From the NCBI GenBank assembly GCA_951406725.2, contig OX597817.1, positions 124,496,001 to 124,560,000 on the forward strand: a stretch of DNA of 64,000 nt. Reading direction: 5' to 3'. Below, piece by piece: positions 53,201 through 64,000 of this stretch. The number at the start of each line of letters is the position of its first letter. Positions within the stretch are counted from its first letter, which is position 1. This DNA comes from Octopus vulgaris (Eukaryota). The notes below the pieces were generated by a model, which worked only from the letters and a program-made list of their open reading frames with translations, had not been told where the DNA came from and searched no databases. The translations under genes and the position numbers were made by a program.

Positions 53201-56200
53201 ATGAAAATGAAAAGGGTTCACGAATATATTCGATGAAAACATATGCCGAAAATCATGATAAATGTTAAATTTATTTGATGAAAATGTTCGTTGAAAATGT
53301 TTAATAAAAATGTTTCATGAAAACGTATGGTGAAAAATGTCTGCTGAAAATGTTTAATGAAAATGTCTCATGAAAAAATTTGATGAAAATGTTTGATGAA
53401 AATTTCTAATGAAAATGTTTGCTGATAATGTTTGATGAAAATGTCTGATGTTTGAATAAAATATTTGATGAAACTGTTTCATGAAAATGTTTCATGAAAA
53501 TGTTTGTTGAAAATGTCTGATGTAAATGTCTGATGAGAATCTTGGATGAAAATGTTCGATAAACGTGTGTGATGAAAATGTTTGATGAAAATGTCTGAGG
53601 CAAATGTCTGAAGAAAATGTATGTTGAAAATTTCTGATGTAAATGTTTGATGAAAATATCTGATTAACTTGTATGATGAAAATGTCTGATGAAAATGTCT
53701 GATGAAAATGTTTGTTGAAAATGTTTGATGAAAATGTTTGATTAAAGTGTCTGATGAAAATGTCTGATGAAAATGTCTGATGAAAATACCTGATTAACAT
53801 GTTTGATTAAAATGCTTGATGATAATGTCTGATGGAAATGTTTAATAAAATGTGTGATGAAAATGTCTAATGGAAATTTCTGATGAAAATGTCTTGTGAA
53901 AATGTTTGAGGAAACTGTCTAGCGAAATTGTCTGATGAAATTGAAAATGTTTCACAAAAATATTTGATGAATATATTAGATGAAAACATTTGCTGAAAAT
54001 TTTGATGTATGTTGAATTTATTTGATGAAAATTTTCGTTGGAAATGTTTCATGAAAATGTTTCATGAAAATGTTTGTTGAAACTGTCTGATGAGAATCTT
54101 GGATGAAAATGTTTGATGAACGTGTGTGATGAAAATGTTTGATGAAAATGTCTGATGCAAACGTCTGAAGAAATTGTCTGATGAAAATGTCTGATGAAAA
54201 TGTGTGTTGAAATTGTTTGAACAAAATATTTGATGAAAATGTTTGATGAAAATGTTTGTTAAAATTGTTTGATATTTGATGTTTGATGAAAATGTCTGAT
54301 GAAATTGTTTGATGAAAATGTTTGATGAAAATGTCTAATGAAATTGTTTGATGAAAATGTCTGATGAAAATGTTTGATGAAAATATCTGATGAAAACGTC
54401 TGGTGAATATGTTTGATAAAATGTCTGATGAAAATATCTGATGAAAGCGTCTGATGAAATTGTTTGATGAAAATGTCTGATGAAAATGTTTGATGAAAAT
54501 GTCTGATGAACTTGTTTGATGAAATTCTTTGATTAAATTGTTTGATAATTTCTGATTAAAATGTTTGAATAAAATATTTGGTGAAAATCTTTCATGAAAA
54601 TGTTTTATTAAAATGTTTGTTGAAAATGTCTGAATCTTGGATGAAAATTTTTGAGGAACGTGTGTGATGAAAATGTTTGATGAAAATGTCTGAGGCAAAT
54701 GTCTCAAGAAAATGTATGATGAAAATTTCTGATGTAAATATTTGATGAAAATATCTGATTAACATGTATGATGAAAATGTTTGATGAAAATGTTTGATTA
54801 AAGTGTCTGATTAAAATGTCTGATGAAAATAACTGATTAACATGTTTGATTAAAATGCTTGATGATAATGTCTGATGGAAATGTTTAATAAAATGTGTGA
54901 TGAAAATGTCTAAGGGAAATTTCTGATGAAAATGACTGGTGAAAATGTTTGAGAAAAATATCTAGCGAAATTGTCTGATGAAATTGAAAATGTTTCACAT
55001 AAATATTTGATGAATATATTCGATGAAAACATTTGCCGAAAATTTTGATGTATGTTGAATTTATTTGATGAAAATGTTCGTTGAAAATGTTTGATGAAAA
55101 TGATTTATGAAAATGTTTGTTGAAAATGTCTGATGAGAATCTTGGATGAAAATGTTTGAAGAACGTATGTGATGAAAATGTTTGATGAAAATGTCTGATG
55201 TAAACGTCTGAAGAAAATGTCTGATGAAAATGTCTCATGAAAATGTGCGATGAAATTGTTTGAACAAAATATTTGATGAAAATGTTTGATGAAATTGTTT
55301 GTTGAAATTGTTTGATATTTGATGTTTGATGAAAATGTCTGATGAAATTGTTTGATGAAAATGTCTAATGAAATTGATGATGAAAATGTCTGATGAAAAT
55401 GTTTGGTGAAAATATCTGATGAAAACGTCTGGTGAATATGTTTGATAAAATGTTTGATGAAAATATCTGATGAAAACGTCTGGTGAATATGTTTGATGAA
55501 AATGTCTGATGAAAATGTTTGATGAAAATGTCTGATGAACATGTTTGATGAAATTCTTTGATTAAATTGTTTGATAATTTCTGATTAAAATATTTGATGA
55601 AAATTTTACATGAAAATGTTTTATGAAAATGTTTGTTGAAAATGTCTGAATCTTGGATGAAAATGTTTGATGAACGTGTGTGATGAAAATGTTTGATGAA
55701 AATGTCTGCTGAAATTGTTTGATGAAAATGTCTGAAGAAATTGATAAAAATGTCTGATGAAAATGTCTGATGAAATTGTTTGTTGAAAATGTTTGATGAA
55801 AATGTCTGATGAAATTGTTTCATGAAAATGTTTGATGAAAATGTCTGATGTTTGATTAAATTGTTTGATGATGTCTGATTAAAATGTTTGAATAAAATAT
55901 TTGATGAAGATCTTTCATGAAAATGTTTCATGAAAATGTTTGTGGAACATGTCTCATGTAAATGTCTGCTGAGAATCTTGGATGAAAATGTTTGATGAAC
56001 GTGTGTGATGAAAATGTTTGATGAAATTGTTTGATGAAAATGTTTGGTGTTTGATTTTTGATGAAAATGTCTGATGAAAATGTTTGATGAAATTGTTTGT
56101 TGAAATTGTTTGATGATGTCTGATTAAAATGTTTGAATAAAATATTTGATGAAAATCTTTCATGAAAATGTTTCAGGAAAATGTTTGTTGAAAATGTCTG

Positions 56201-56865
56201 ATAAGAATCTTGGATGAAAATGTTTGATGAACGTGTGTGATGAAAATGTTTGATGAAAATGTCTGAGGCAAATGTCTGAAGAAAATTTTTGATGAATATG
56301 TTTGATGAAAATGATTGATGAAAATGTTTGTTGAAAATGTCTGATGAAAATTTCTGATGTAAATGTTTGATGAAAATATCTGATTAACATGTTTGATGAA
56401 AATGTCTGATGAAAATACCTGAGTAACATGTTTGATTAAAATGTTTGATGATAATGTCTGATGGAAATGTTTAATAAAATGTGTGATGAAAATGTCTAAT
56501 GGAAATTTCTGATGCAAATGTCTGGTGAAAATGTCTCTTGCAAATGTTTGGAGAAAATGTATGATGAAAATGTTTGATCAAAATTATTGATGAATATGTT
56601 TGATGAAAATGTCAGATGAAATTGTTTGATTAAATTGTTTGATGATGTCTGATTAAAATGTTTGAATAAAATATTTGATGAAGATCTTTCATGAAAATAA
56701 TAGTTATCGCCATACTAATATGGCATTCTTATAAAAATAAGAATAAAGCTGTCTGCTTATTAGCTCCATGAGGCCATCGCCTTAAGTTAGCTATTTGATA
56801 CACAAACTGTATCCGTATAACCTTCGAATAAGGGAGGTCAGTCGCTCCACACTACTTGACCGACA

Positions 56866-56907
56866 GCTACAGATGCGTTTCGGGGTATTGCCCCTTTTCA
56901 ATGTAGT
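56866..56907 (-). ncRNA. Hammerhead ribozyme copy 1 (U3:A8)
   Basis: CUACA UUGAAAA GGGG-CAAUA-CCCC GAAA CGCA UC / UGUAG: perfect helix II and one mismatch in helix III. Confidence 0.75.
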
Positions 56908-57227
56908 GTAGTCAGACCAGTAGGTGTCGCTTCTGACAATCTCTGTTCGAAGGTTTTATTTACCTAGTTTCGGTGGAATACATCCACTTGTTTTCAATAA
57001 TAGAGATATTAAAATTACTAAGTCTCTCTAAAAGAGAACACGGCAGCGTTCCCGGAAAATAATAGTTATCGCCATACTAATATGGCATTCTAATAAAAAT
57101 AAGAATAAAGCTGTCCGCTTATTAGCTCCATGAGGCCATCGCCTTAAGTTAGCTATTTGATACACAAACTGTATCCATATGACCTTCGAACAAGGGAGGT
57201 CAGTCGCTCCACACTACTTGACCGACA

Positions 57228-57270
57228 GCTACAGACGCTGTTTCGGGGTATTGCTCCTTTTCAATGTAGC
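57228..57270 (-). ncRNA. Hammerhead ribozyme copy 2 (U3:A8)
   Basis: GCUACA UUGAAAA GGAG-CAAUA-CCCC GAAA CAGCG UC / UGUAGC, with a 1-nt insertion in helix III. Confidence 0.72.
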
Positions 57271-57590
57271 GTAGTCAGACCAGTAGGTGTCACTTCTGAC
57301 AATCTCTGTTCGAAGGTTTTATTTACCTAGTTTCGGTGGAATACATCCACTTGTTTTCAATAATAGAGATATTAAAATTACTAAGTCTCTCTAAAAGAGA
57401 ACACGGCAGCGTTCCCGGAAAATAATAGTTATCGCCATACTAATATGGCATTCTAATAAAAATAAGAATAAAGCTGTCCGCTTATTAGCTCCATGAGGCC
57501 ATCGCCTTAAGTTAGCTATTTGATACACAAACTGTATTCATATGACCTTCGAACAAGGGAGGTCAGTCGCTCCACACTACTTGACCGACA

Positions 57591-57632
57591 GCTACAGACG
57601 CGTTTCGGGGTATTGCTCCTTTTCAATGTAGC
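57591..57632 (-). ncRNA. Hammerhead ribozyme copy 3 (U3:A8)
   Basis: GCUACA UUGAAAA GGAG-CAAUA-CCCC GAAA CGCG UC / UGUAGC, with palindromic helix III ACGCGU and a GUC site. Confidence 0.8.
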
Positions 57633-60600
57633 GTAGTCAGACCAGTAGGTGTCACTTCTGACAATCTCTGTTCGAAGGTTTTATTTACCTAGTTTCGGTG
57701 GAATACATACACGTGTTTTCTTGTAGCTGTCGGTCAAGTAGTGTGGAGCGACTGACCTAGTATTTTCCGGGAACGCTGCAGTGTTCTCTTTTACAGAGAC
57801 TTAGTAATTTTAATATTTCTATTATTTCATGAAAATGTTTCATGAAAATGTTTGTGGAACATGTCTCATGTAAATGTCTGCAGAGAATCTTGGATGAAAA
57901 TGTTTGATGAACGTGTGTGATGAAAATGTTTGATGAAAATGTCTGATGAAACTATTTGATGAATATGTCTGATGAAAATGTCTGATGAAAATGTTTGGTG
58001 TTTGATTTTTGATGAAAATGTCTGATGAAAATGTTTGATGAAATTGTTTGATGAAATTGTTTGATTAATGTCTGATTAAAATGTTTGAATAAAATATTTG
58101 ATGAAAATCTTTCATGAAAATGTTTCATGAAAATGTTTGTTGAAAATGTCTGATGTAAATGTCTGAGAATCTTGGATGAAAATGTTTGATGAACGTGTGA
58201 GATGAAAATGTTTAATGAAAACGTCTGATGCAAATGTCTGATGAAAATGTATGATGAAAATATTTGATCAAAATTGTTGATGAATATATTTGATGAAAAT
58301 GATTGATGAAAATGTTTGGTGAAAATGTCTGATGAAAATTTCTGATGTAAATGTTTGATGAAATTATGTGATTAAGATGTTTGATGAAAATACTTGATGA
58401 TAATGTCTGATGGAAATGTCTGATGAAAATCTTAGATGAAAATGTTTGATGAACGTGTATGATGAAAATGATTTATGAAAATGTCTGATGAAAATGTTTG
58501 TTGAAAATGTTTGATGAAAATGTCTGATGAAAATGTTTCTTGAAAACGTTTGATGAAAACGTCTGATGAAAATTTGTGATGAAAATGTTTGATGAAAATG
58601 TTTCATGAAAATGTCTGATGAAAATATTTGATGAAGATGTTTGATGAAAATGTTTGTTAAAAATGTTTGTTGAAATTGTTTGAGGAAATTGTTTGAGGAA
58701 AATGCTTGATGTAAATGTCTGAGGGAAATGTCTGATGAAAATCTTAGATTGAAATGTTTGATGAACGTGTATGATGAAAATATTTGATCAAAATTTTTGA
58801 TGAATATGTTTGATGAAAATGATTGATGAAAATGTTTGTTGAAAATGTCTGATGAAAATTTCTGATGTAAATGTTTGATGAAAATATCTGATTAACATGT
58901 TTGATGAAAATGCTTGATGATAATGTCTGATGAAAATCTCAGATGTCTGATGAAATTGTTTGCTGAAAATGTTTGATGGAAATGTTTGATGAAAATGTCT
59001 GATGTAATTGTTTGATGAAAATGTCTGATGAAAATGTATGATAGAATGTTTGATGAAAAGGTTTGGTGAAAATGTCTGATGAACATGTTTGATAAAATGA
59101 TTGATGAAAATGTTCGTTGAAAATGTTTTACGAAAATGTTCAAGGTAATTCCTTGATGAAAATTTTGATGAAAATATCTGATTGACATGTTTGATGAAAA
59201 TGTCTGATGTTAATATTTGATGTTTGATGTTTGATGAAAATGTCTGATGAAATTGTTTGATGAAAATGTTTGATGAAAATGTTTGATGAAAATGTCTGAT
59301 GAATATGTTTCATAAAATGTTTGATGAAAATGTTTGTTGAAAATATTTTATGAAAATGTTCGAGGAAATTCTTTGATGAAAATGTCTGATGAAATTGTTT
59401 GATGAAAATGTCTGATGTTAATATTTGATGTTTGATGTTTGATGAAAATGTCTGATGAAAATGTTTGATGAAAATGTTTGATGATGAATATGTTTGATGA
59501 AAATGTCTGATGAAATCGTTTGATGAAAATGTTTGATGAAAATGTTTGAAAATGTCGGATGAATATGTTTGATGAAAATGTGATGATGAAAATGTTTGAA
59601 AATGTCGGATGAATATGTTTGATAAAATGTCTGATGAAAATGTTTGATGAACACGTTTGATGAATTTGTCTGATGAAATTGTTTGATAGAAATTTCTTAT
59701 GAAAATGTCTGATGTAAATGTTTGAGTTTTGATGTTTCATGAAAATGTCTGATGTAATTGTTTGATGAAAATGTTTGATGAAATGTCTGATGAAATTGTT
59801 TGATGAAAATGTCTGGTGAAAATTTCTGATGAAAATGTGTGATGAATATGTTTGATTAAATGTCTCATGAAAATGTCTACTGAAGATGTTTGATGAAATT
59901 GTTTGATGAAAATGTCTGATGAAAATGTCTGATGAAAATGTTTGATGTTTGATGTTTAATGAAAATATGTGATGAAATTGTTTGATCATAATAATGTTTG
60001 CTGAAATTGTTTGATATTTGAAGTTTGATGAAAATGTCTGATGAAATTGTTTGATGAAAATATTTGAAGAAAATTTCTGATGAAATTGTTTAATGAAAAT
60101 GTCTAAAGAAAATGTCTCATGAAAATGTTTGATTAAAATGTCTGATGAATATATCTGATGAAAATTTCTGATGAAATTGTTTGATGAACATGTCTGATGA
60201 AAATGTTTGATGAAAATGTCGGATGAAAATGTTTAATGAAAATGTCTGATGTAATTGTTTGATGAAATTGTTTGATGATGTCTAATGAAAATGTTTGATG
60301 AAAATGTTTGATGGAAATCTTAGATGAAAATCTTAGATGAAAATGTTTGATGAACGTGTATGATGAAAATGTTTTATGAAAATGTCTCATGAAAATGTTC
60401 GTTGAAAACGTTTGATAAAATGTTTGATGAAAATGTTTGTTGAAAATGTTTTATGAAAATATTTGAGGAAATTCTTTGATGAAAATGTTTGATGAAAATA
60501 TCTGATTAACATGTTTGATGGAAATGCTTGATGATGACTGATGTCAATCTTAGATGAGAACATCTGATGAAAGTGTATGATGAAAATATCTGATGAAAAT

Positions 60601-63600
60601 GTCTTATGAAAATGTTTGATGAAAATGTTTGATGATGAAAACGTTTGATGAAAATGTCTGATGAAATTGTTTGATGAAAATGTCTGATGAAATTGTTTGA
60701 TGAAAATGTTTGATTAAAATGTTTGAAAATGTCAGATGAAAATGTCTGAGGAAAACGTTTGATGAATATGTCTCATTAGACATATTCATCAAACGTTTGA
60801 TAAAATGTCTGATGAAAATGTCTGATGTAAATGTTTGAGGTTTGATGTTTGATGAAAATGTCTGATGAAATTGTTTGATGAAAGTGTTTGATGAAAATGT
60901 CTGTTGAAATTGTTTGATGAAAATGTCTGGTGAAAATGTCTGATGAAAATGTCCGATGAATATGTTTGATAAAATGTCTGATGAAAAGGTCTAATGAAGA
61001 TGTCTGATGAAATTGATGAAAATGTCTGATGAAAATGGTTGATGTTTGATGTTTAATGAAAATGTCTGATGAATTTGTTTGATCATAATATTTGATGGAA
61101 ATGTTTGATGAAAATATTTGCAGAAATTGTTTGATGTTCGATGTTTGATGAAAATGTCTGATGAAATTGTTTGATGAAAATGTCTGATGAATATATCTGA
61201 TGAAAATGTCTGATGAATCTGTTTGATAAAATGTCTGATGAAAATGTTTCATGTTTGAAGTTTGATGAAAATTTCTGATGAAATTGTTTGATGAAAATGT
61301 CTGATGAAAATGTTTGATGAAAATGTTTGATGAAAATGTTTGATGAAATTGTTTGATGTCTAATGAAAATGTTTGATGAAAATGTCTGATGGAAATGTCT
61401 TCTGAATATCTTAGATGAAAATGTTTGATGAACTTGTATGATGAAAATGTTTTAAGAAAATATCTTATGAAAATGTTCGTTGAAAATGTTTGATGAATAT
61501 GTCCGATGAAAATATCTGATGAAAATGTTTGCTGAAAATATTTGATGAAAATGTTTGATTAAAATGTTTGATTAAAATATTTGATGAAAATGTTTGATGA
61601 AAATGTCTGATGAAAATGCCTGATGAATATGTATGATAAAATGTTTGATGAAAATGTTTGATGAAAATGTCTGATGAAAATGTTTCATGAAAATGTTTCA
61701 TGAAAATGTCTGATGAATATGTTTGATAAAATGTTTGTTGAAAATGTTTGAGCAAATTGTTTGATGAAAATGTTTGATGAAAAATGTCTGATGGAAATGT
61801 CTGCTGAAAATCTCTGATGAAAATGTCTGATGAATATGTATGGTAAAATGTTTGATGAAAATTTTTGATCAAAATGTCTGATCTAAATATTTGATGAAAA
61901 TATCTAATTAAAATATCTAAATTTTCATCAAACATTTTCATCATCAAACATTTTCATCAAACATTTTCATCAGTTATTTTCTAATGGAAATGTCTGATGA
62001 AAATCTTAGATGAAAATGTTTGATGAACGTGTATGATGTTTGAAAATGTCTGATGAAAATGTCTGATGAAAATGTCAGATGAATATGTATGATCAAATGT
62101 TTTATGGATATGTATGATAAAATGTTTGATGAAAATGTTTAATGAAAACGTCTGATGAAAATGTCTGGGGAAAATATTTGATAAAAATGTCTGATGAATA
62201 CGTTTGATAAAATATTTGATGAAAATGTTTAATGAAAATATCTGATGAAAATGTATGTTGAAAATGTTTGTTGAAAATGTTTGAGGAAATTGTTTGATGA
62301 AAATGTCTGATGATTATGTCTGATGGAAATGTCTGATGAAAATGTCTGATGAAAATGTCTGATGAATATGTATGATAAAATGTTTGATGAAAATGTTTGA
62401 TCAAAATGTCTGATGTAAATGTTTGATGAAAATATCTAATTAAAATGTCTGATGAAAATGCTTGATGATAATGTCTGATGGAAATGTCTGATGAAAATCT
62501 TAGATGAAAATGTTTGATGAACGTGTATGATGTTTGAAAATGTTTGAAAATGTTTGTTGAAAATGTTTGATGAAAATGTCTGATGAAAATGTCTGATGAA
62601 AATGTCAGATGAATATGTATGATAAAATGTTTTATAGATATGTATGATAAAATGTTTGATGAAAATGTTTAATGAAAACGTCTGTTGAAAATGTCTGGTG
62701 AAAATATTTGATAAGCATGTCTGATGAATACGTTTGATAAAATATTTGATGAAAATGTCTTATGAAAATCTCTGATGAAAATGTGTGATGAATATGTTTG
62801 ATAAAATGTTTGATGAAAATGTTTGGTGAAAATGTATAATTAACATATTTTATTAAAATGCTTTCATCAAACATTTTCATCAAAACTTTCATGAAATATA
62901 TTCAACAAACATCAAAAATATCAGCAAATATTTATTACATATATATTCATCAAATATATTCCTCCAACATTTTGATTAAACATTTTCATCAAACATTTTC
63001 AACAAACATTTTCATAAAACATTTTCATCAAACATTTCCATCAGACATTTTCATCTGACGTTTTTATCAAAAAAATTTCACCATACACGTTCATGGATCA
63101 TTTTCATCAGACAGATTCCTCAATCATTTTCATCAAACATATTTCTTGAACATTTAAGTCAAACATTTTCAAAAATTTTCATTAAACATTTTGTCAAACA
63201 TTTTCATCAAACAGTTTAATCAGACATTTCCATCAAACATTTTCATCCGACATTTTCATCAAACATTTTTATGAAACACTTTCTTCATACATATTCAACA
63301 AACATTTTCATCAATCATTTTCATCAGACGATTTTTATGAAACATTTTCATCAAACATTTCCATCAAACATATTCATCAAATGTTTTTTATTAAACAATA
63401 TTATGAGACATTTTCATCAAACATTTTCCTCAAACATTTTCATATATCTTTTTTATAAATCATTTTCATGAAACACTTTCATGAAATATTCTCATCAGAC
63501 ATTTTCATCCTACATTTTCATCTCAGATTTTCATTACAGATTCCCATCAAACATTTTCATCAAGCATTTTCTGACATTTTCATCAGATATTTTTATCAAA

Positions 63601-64000
63601 CACTTTCCTCGTACATGTTCATCAAACATTTTCATCTAAGATTTTCACCAGAAATTTTCATCAAATATTTTCATAAAACATTTTCAACAAGCTTCATCAT
63701 CAGACATGTTTTTCAAGCATTTTCATCAATCATTTTCATTAGACAGTTTAATCCAATATTTTCATGAAATATTTTCAAATATTTTCATCAAAAAATTTCA
63801 TCAGACATTTTCATCAAACATTTTCATCTGACATTTTCATCAGACATTTTCATCAAACATTTTTATCAAACTTATTCATCAGACATTTTCATCAGACAAT
63901 TTTTGTCGAACAATTTCCTCAAACATTTCCATCAAATATTTTCATCAAATATATTTAATAAACATTGTCATCAGACATTTTGATGAAACATTTTCATCAA

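Larger units (their letters stand above)
56699..57824 (-). mobile_element. Tandem 362-bp hammerhead-containing retroelement (non-LTR retrozyme or Penelope pLTR-derived) with terminal inversion and 12-bp TSD
   Basis: Copies start at 56699, 57061 and 57424. Inverted pieces lie at 57722-57758 and 57761-57824. tttcatgaaaat is duplicated at 56687-56698 and 57825-57836. Confidence 0.85.
47260..64000. repeat. 13-bp satellite array (AAACATTTTCATC / AGACATTTTCATC), over 16 kb, running off the window
   Basis: Direct reading; the ORF track shows a 13-aa period (HFHQTFSSNIFIK equals 3 units). Orientation is forward 47260-48650, reverse 48651-62860 and forward 62861-64000. Confidence 0.98.

Noticed and set aside
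48651-62860. CUGAUGA and GAAA (hammerhead core words) and UGAUGA/CUGA (box C/D words) in many satellite units
   Set aside because: No helices I-III with correct spacing and no guide or terminal stems can be formed, so the words are treated as coincidental.
48381-63958. Many His/Phe/Ser/Ile-rich ORFs up to 229 aa
   Set aside because: They are translations of the 13-bp satellite, whose consensus strand lacks stops; there is no C2H2 or other domain pattern.
47260-64000. CRISPR-like array
   Set aside because: There are no unique spacers and no cas genes, and the context is eukaryotic.

Overview
Repeat-dense, AT-rich animal genomic DNA with no recognisable intact host gene; most supplied ORFs are translations of microsatellites, SINEs or satellite, and the rest are decayed retroelement fragments or unassigned. 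The SINE families, RTE tails and microsatellite load look like an Octopus (coleoid cephalopod) genome, which is an inference from repeat content and not a database result. Bases 1-47 kb are a mosaic of tRNA-derived SINEs, decayed non-LTR retrotransposons (CR1/L2-group, RTE, R4/Dong-type), Penelope-like GIY-YIG fragments, MITEs and long palindromes. From about 47.26 kb to the end is a 13-bp satellite (AAACATTTTCATC/AGACATTTTCATC) with strand inversions. The most notable signal is a set of hammerhead-ribozyme motifs with compensatory non-canonical cores. A 362-bp unit is repeated about 2.8 times inside the satellite (56699-57824); each copy carries a U3:A8 hammerhead, the insert has a 12-bp target-site duplication, and an inverted fragment begins exactly at the predicted cleavage site, as expected for a retrozyme or Penelope pLTR-type element. 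Two further unrelated hammerheads lie at about 24.5 kb (G3:C8 core) and 27.45 kb (U3:A8 core).
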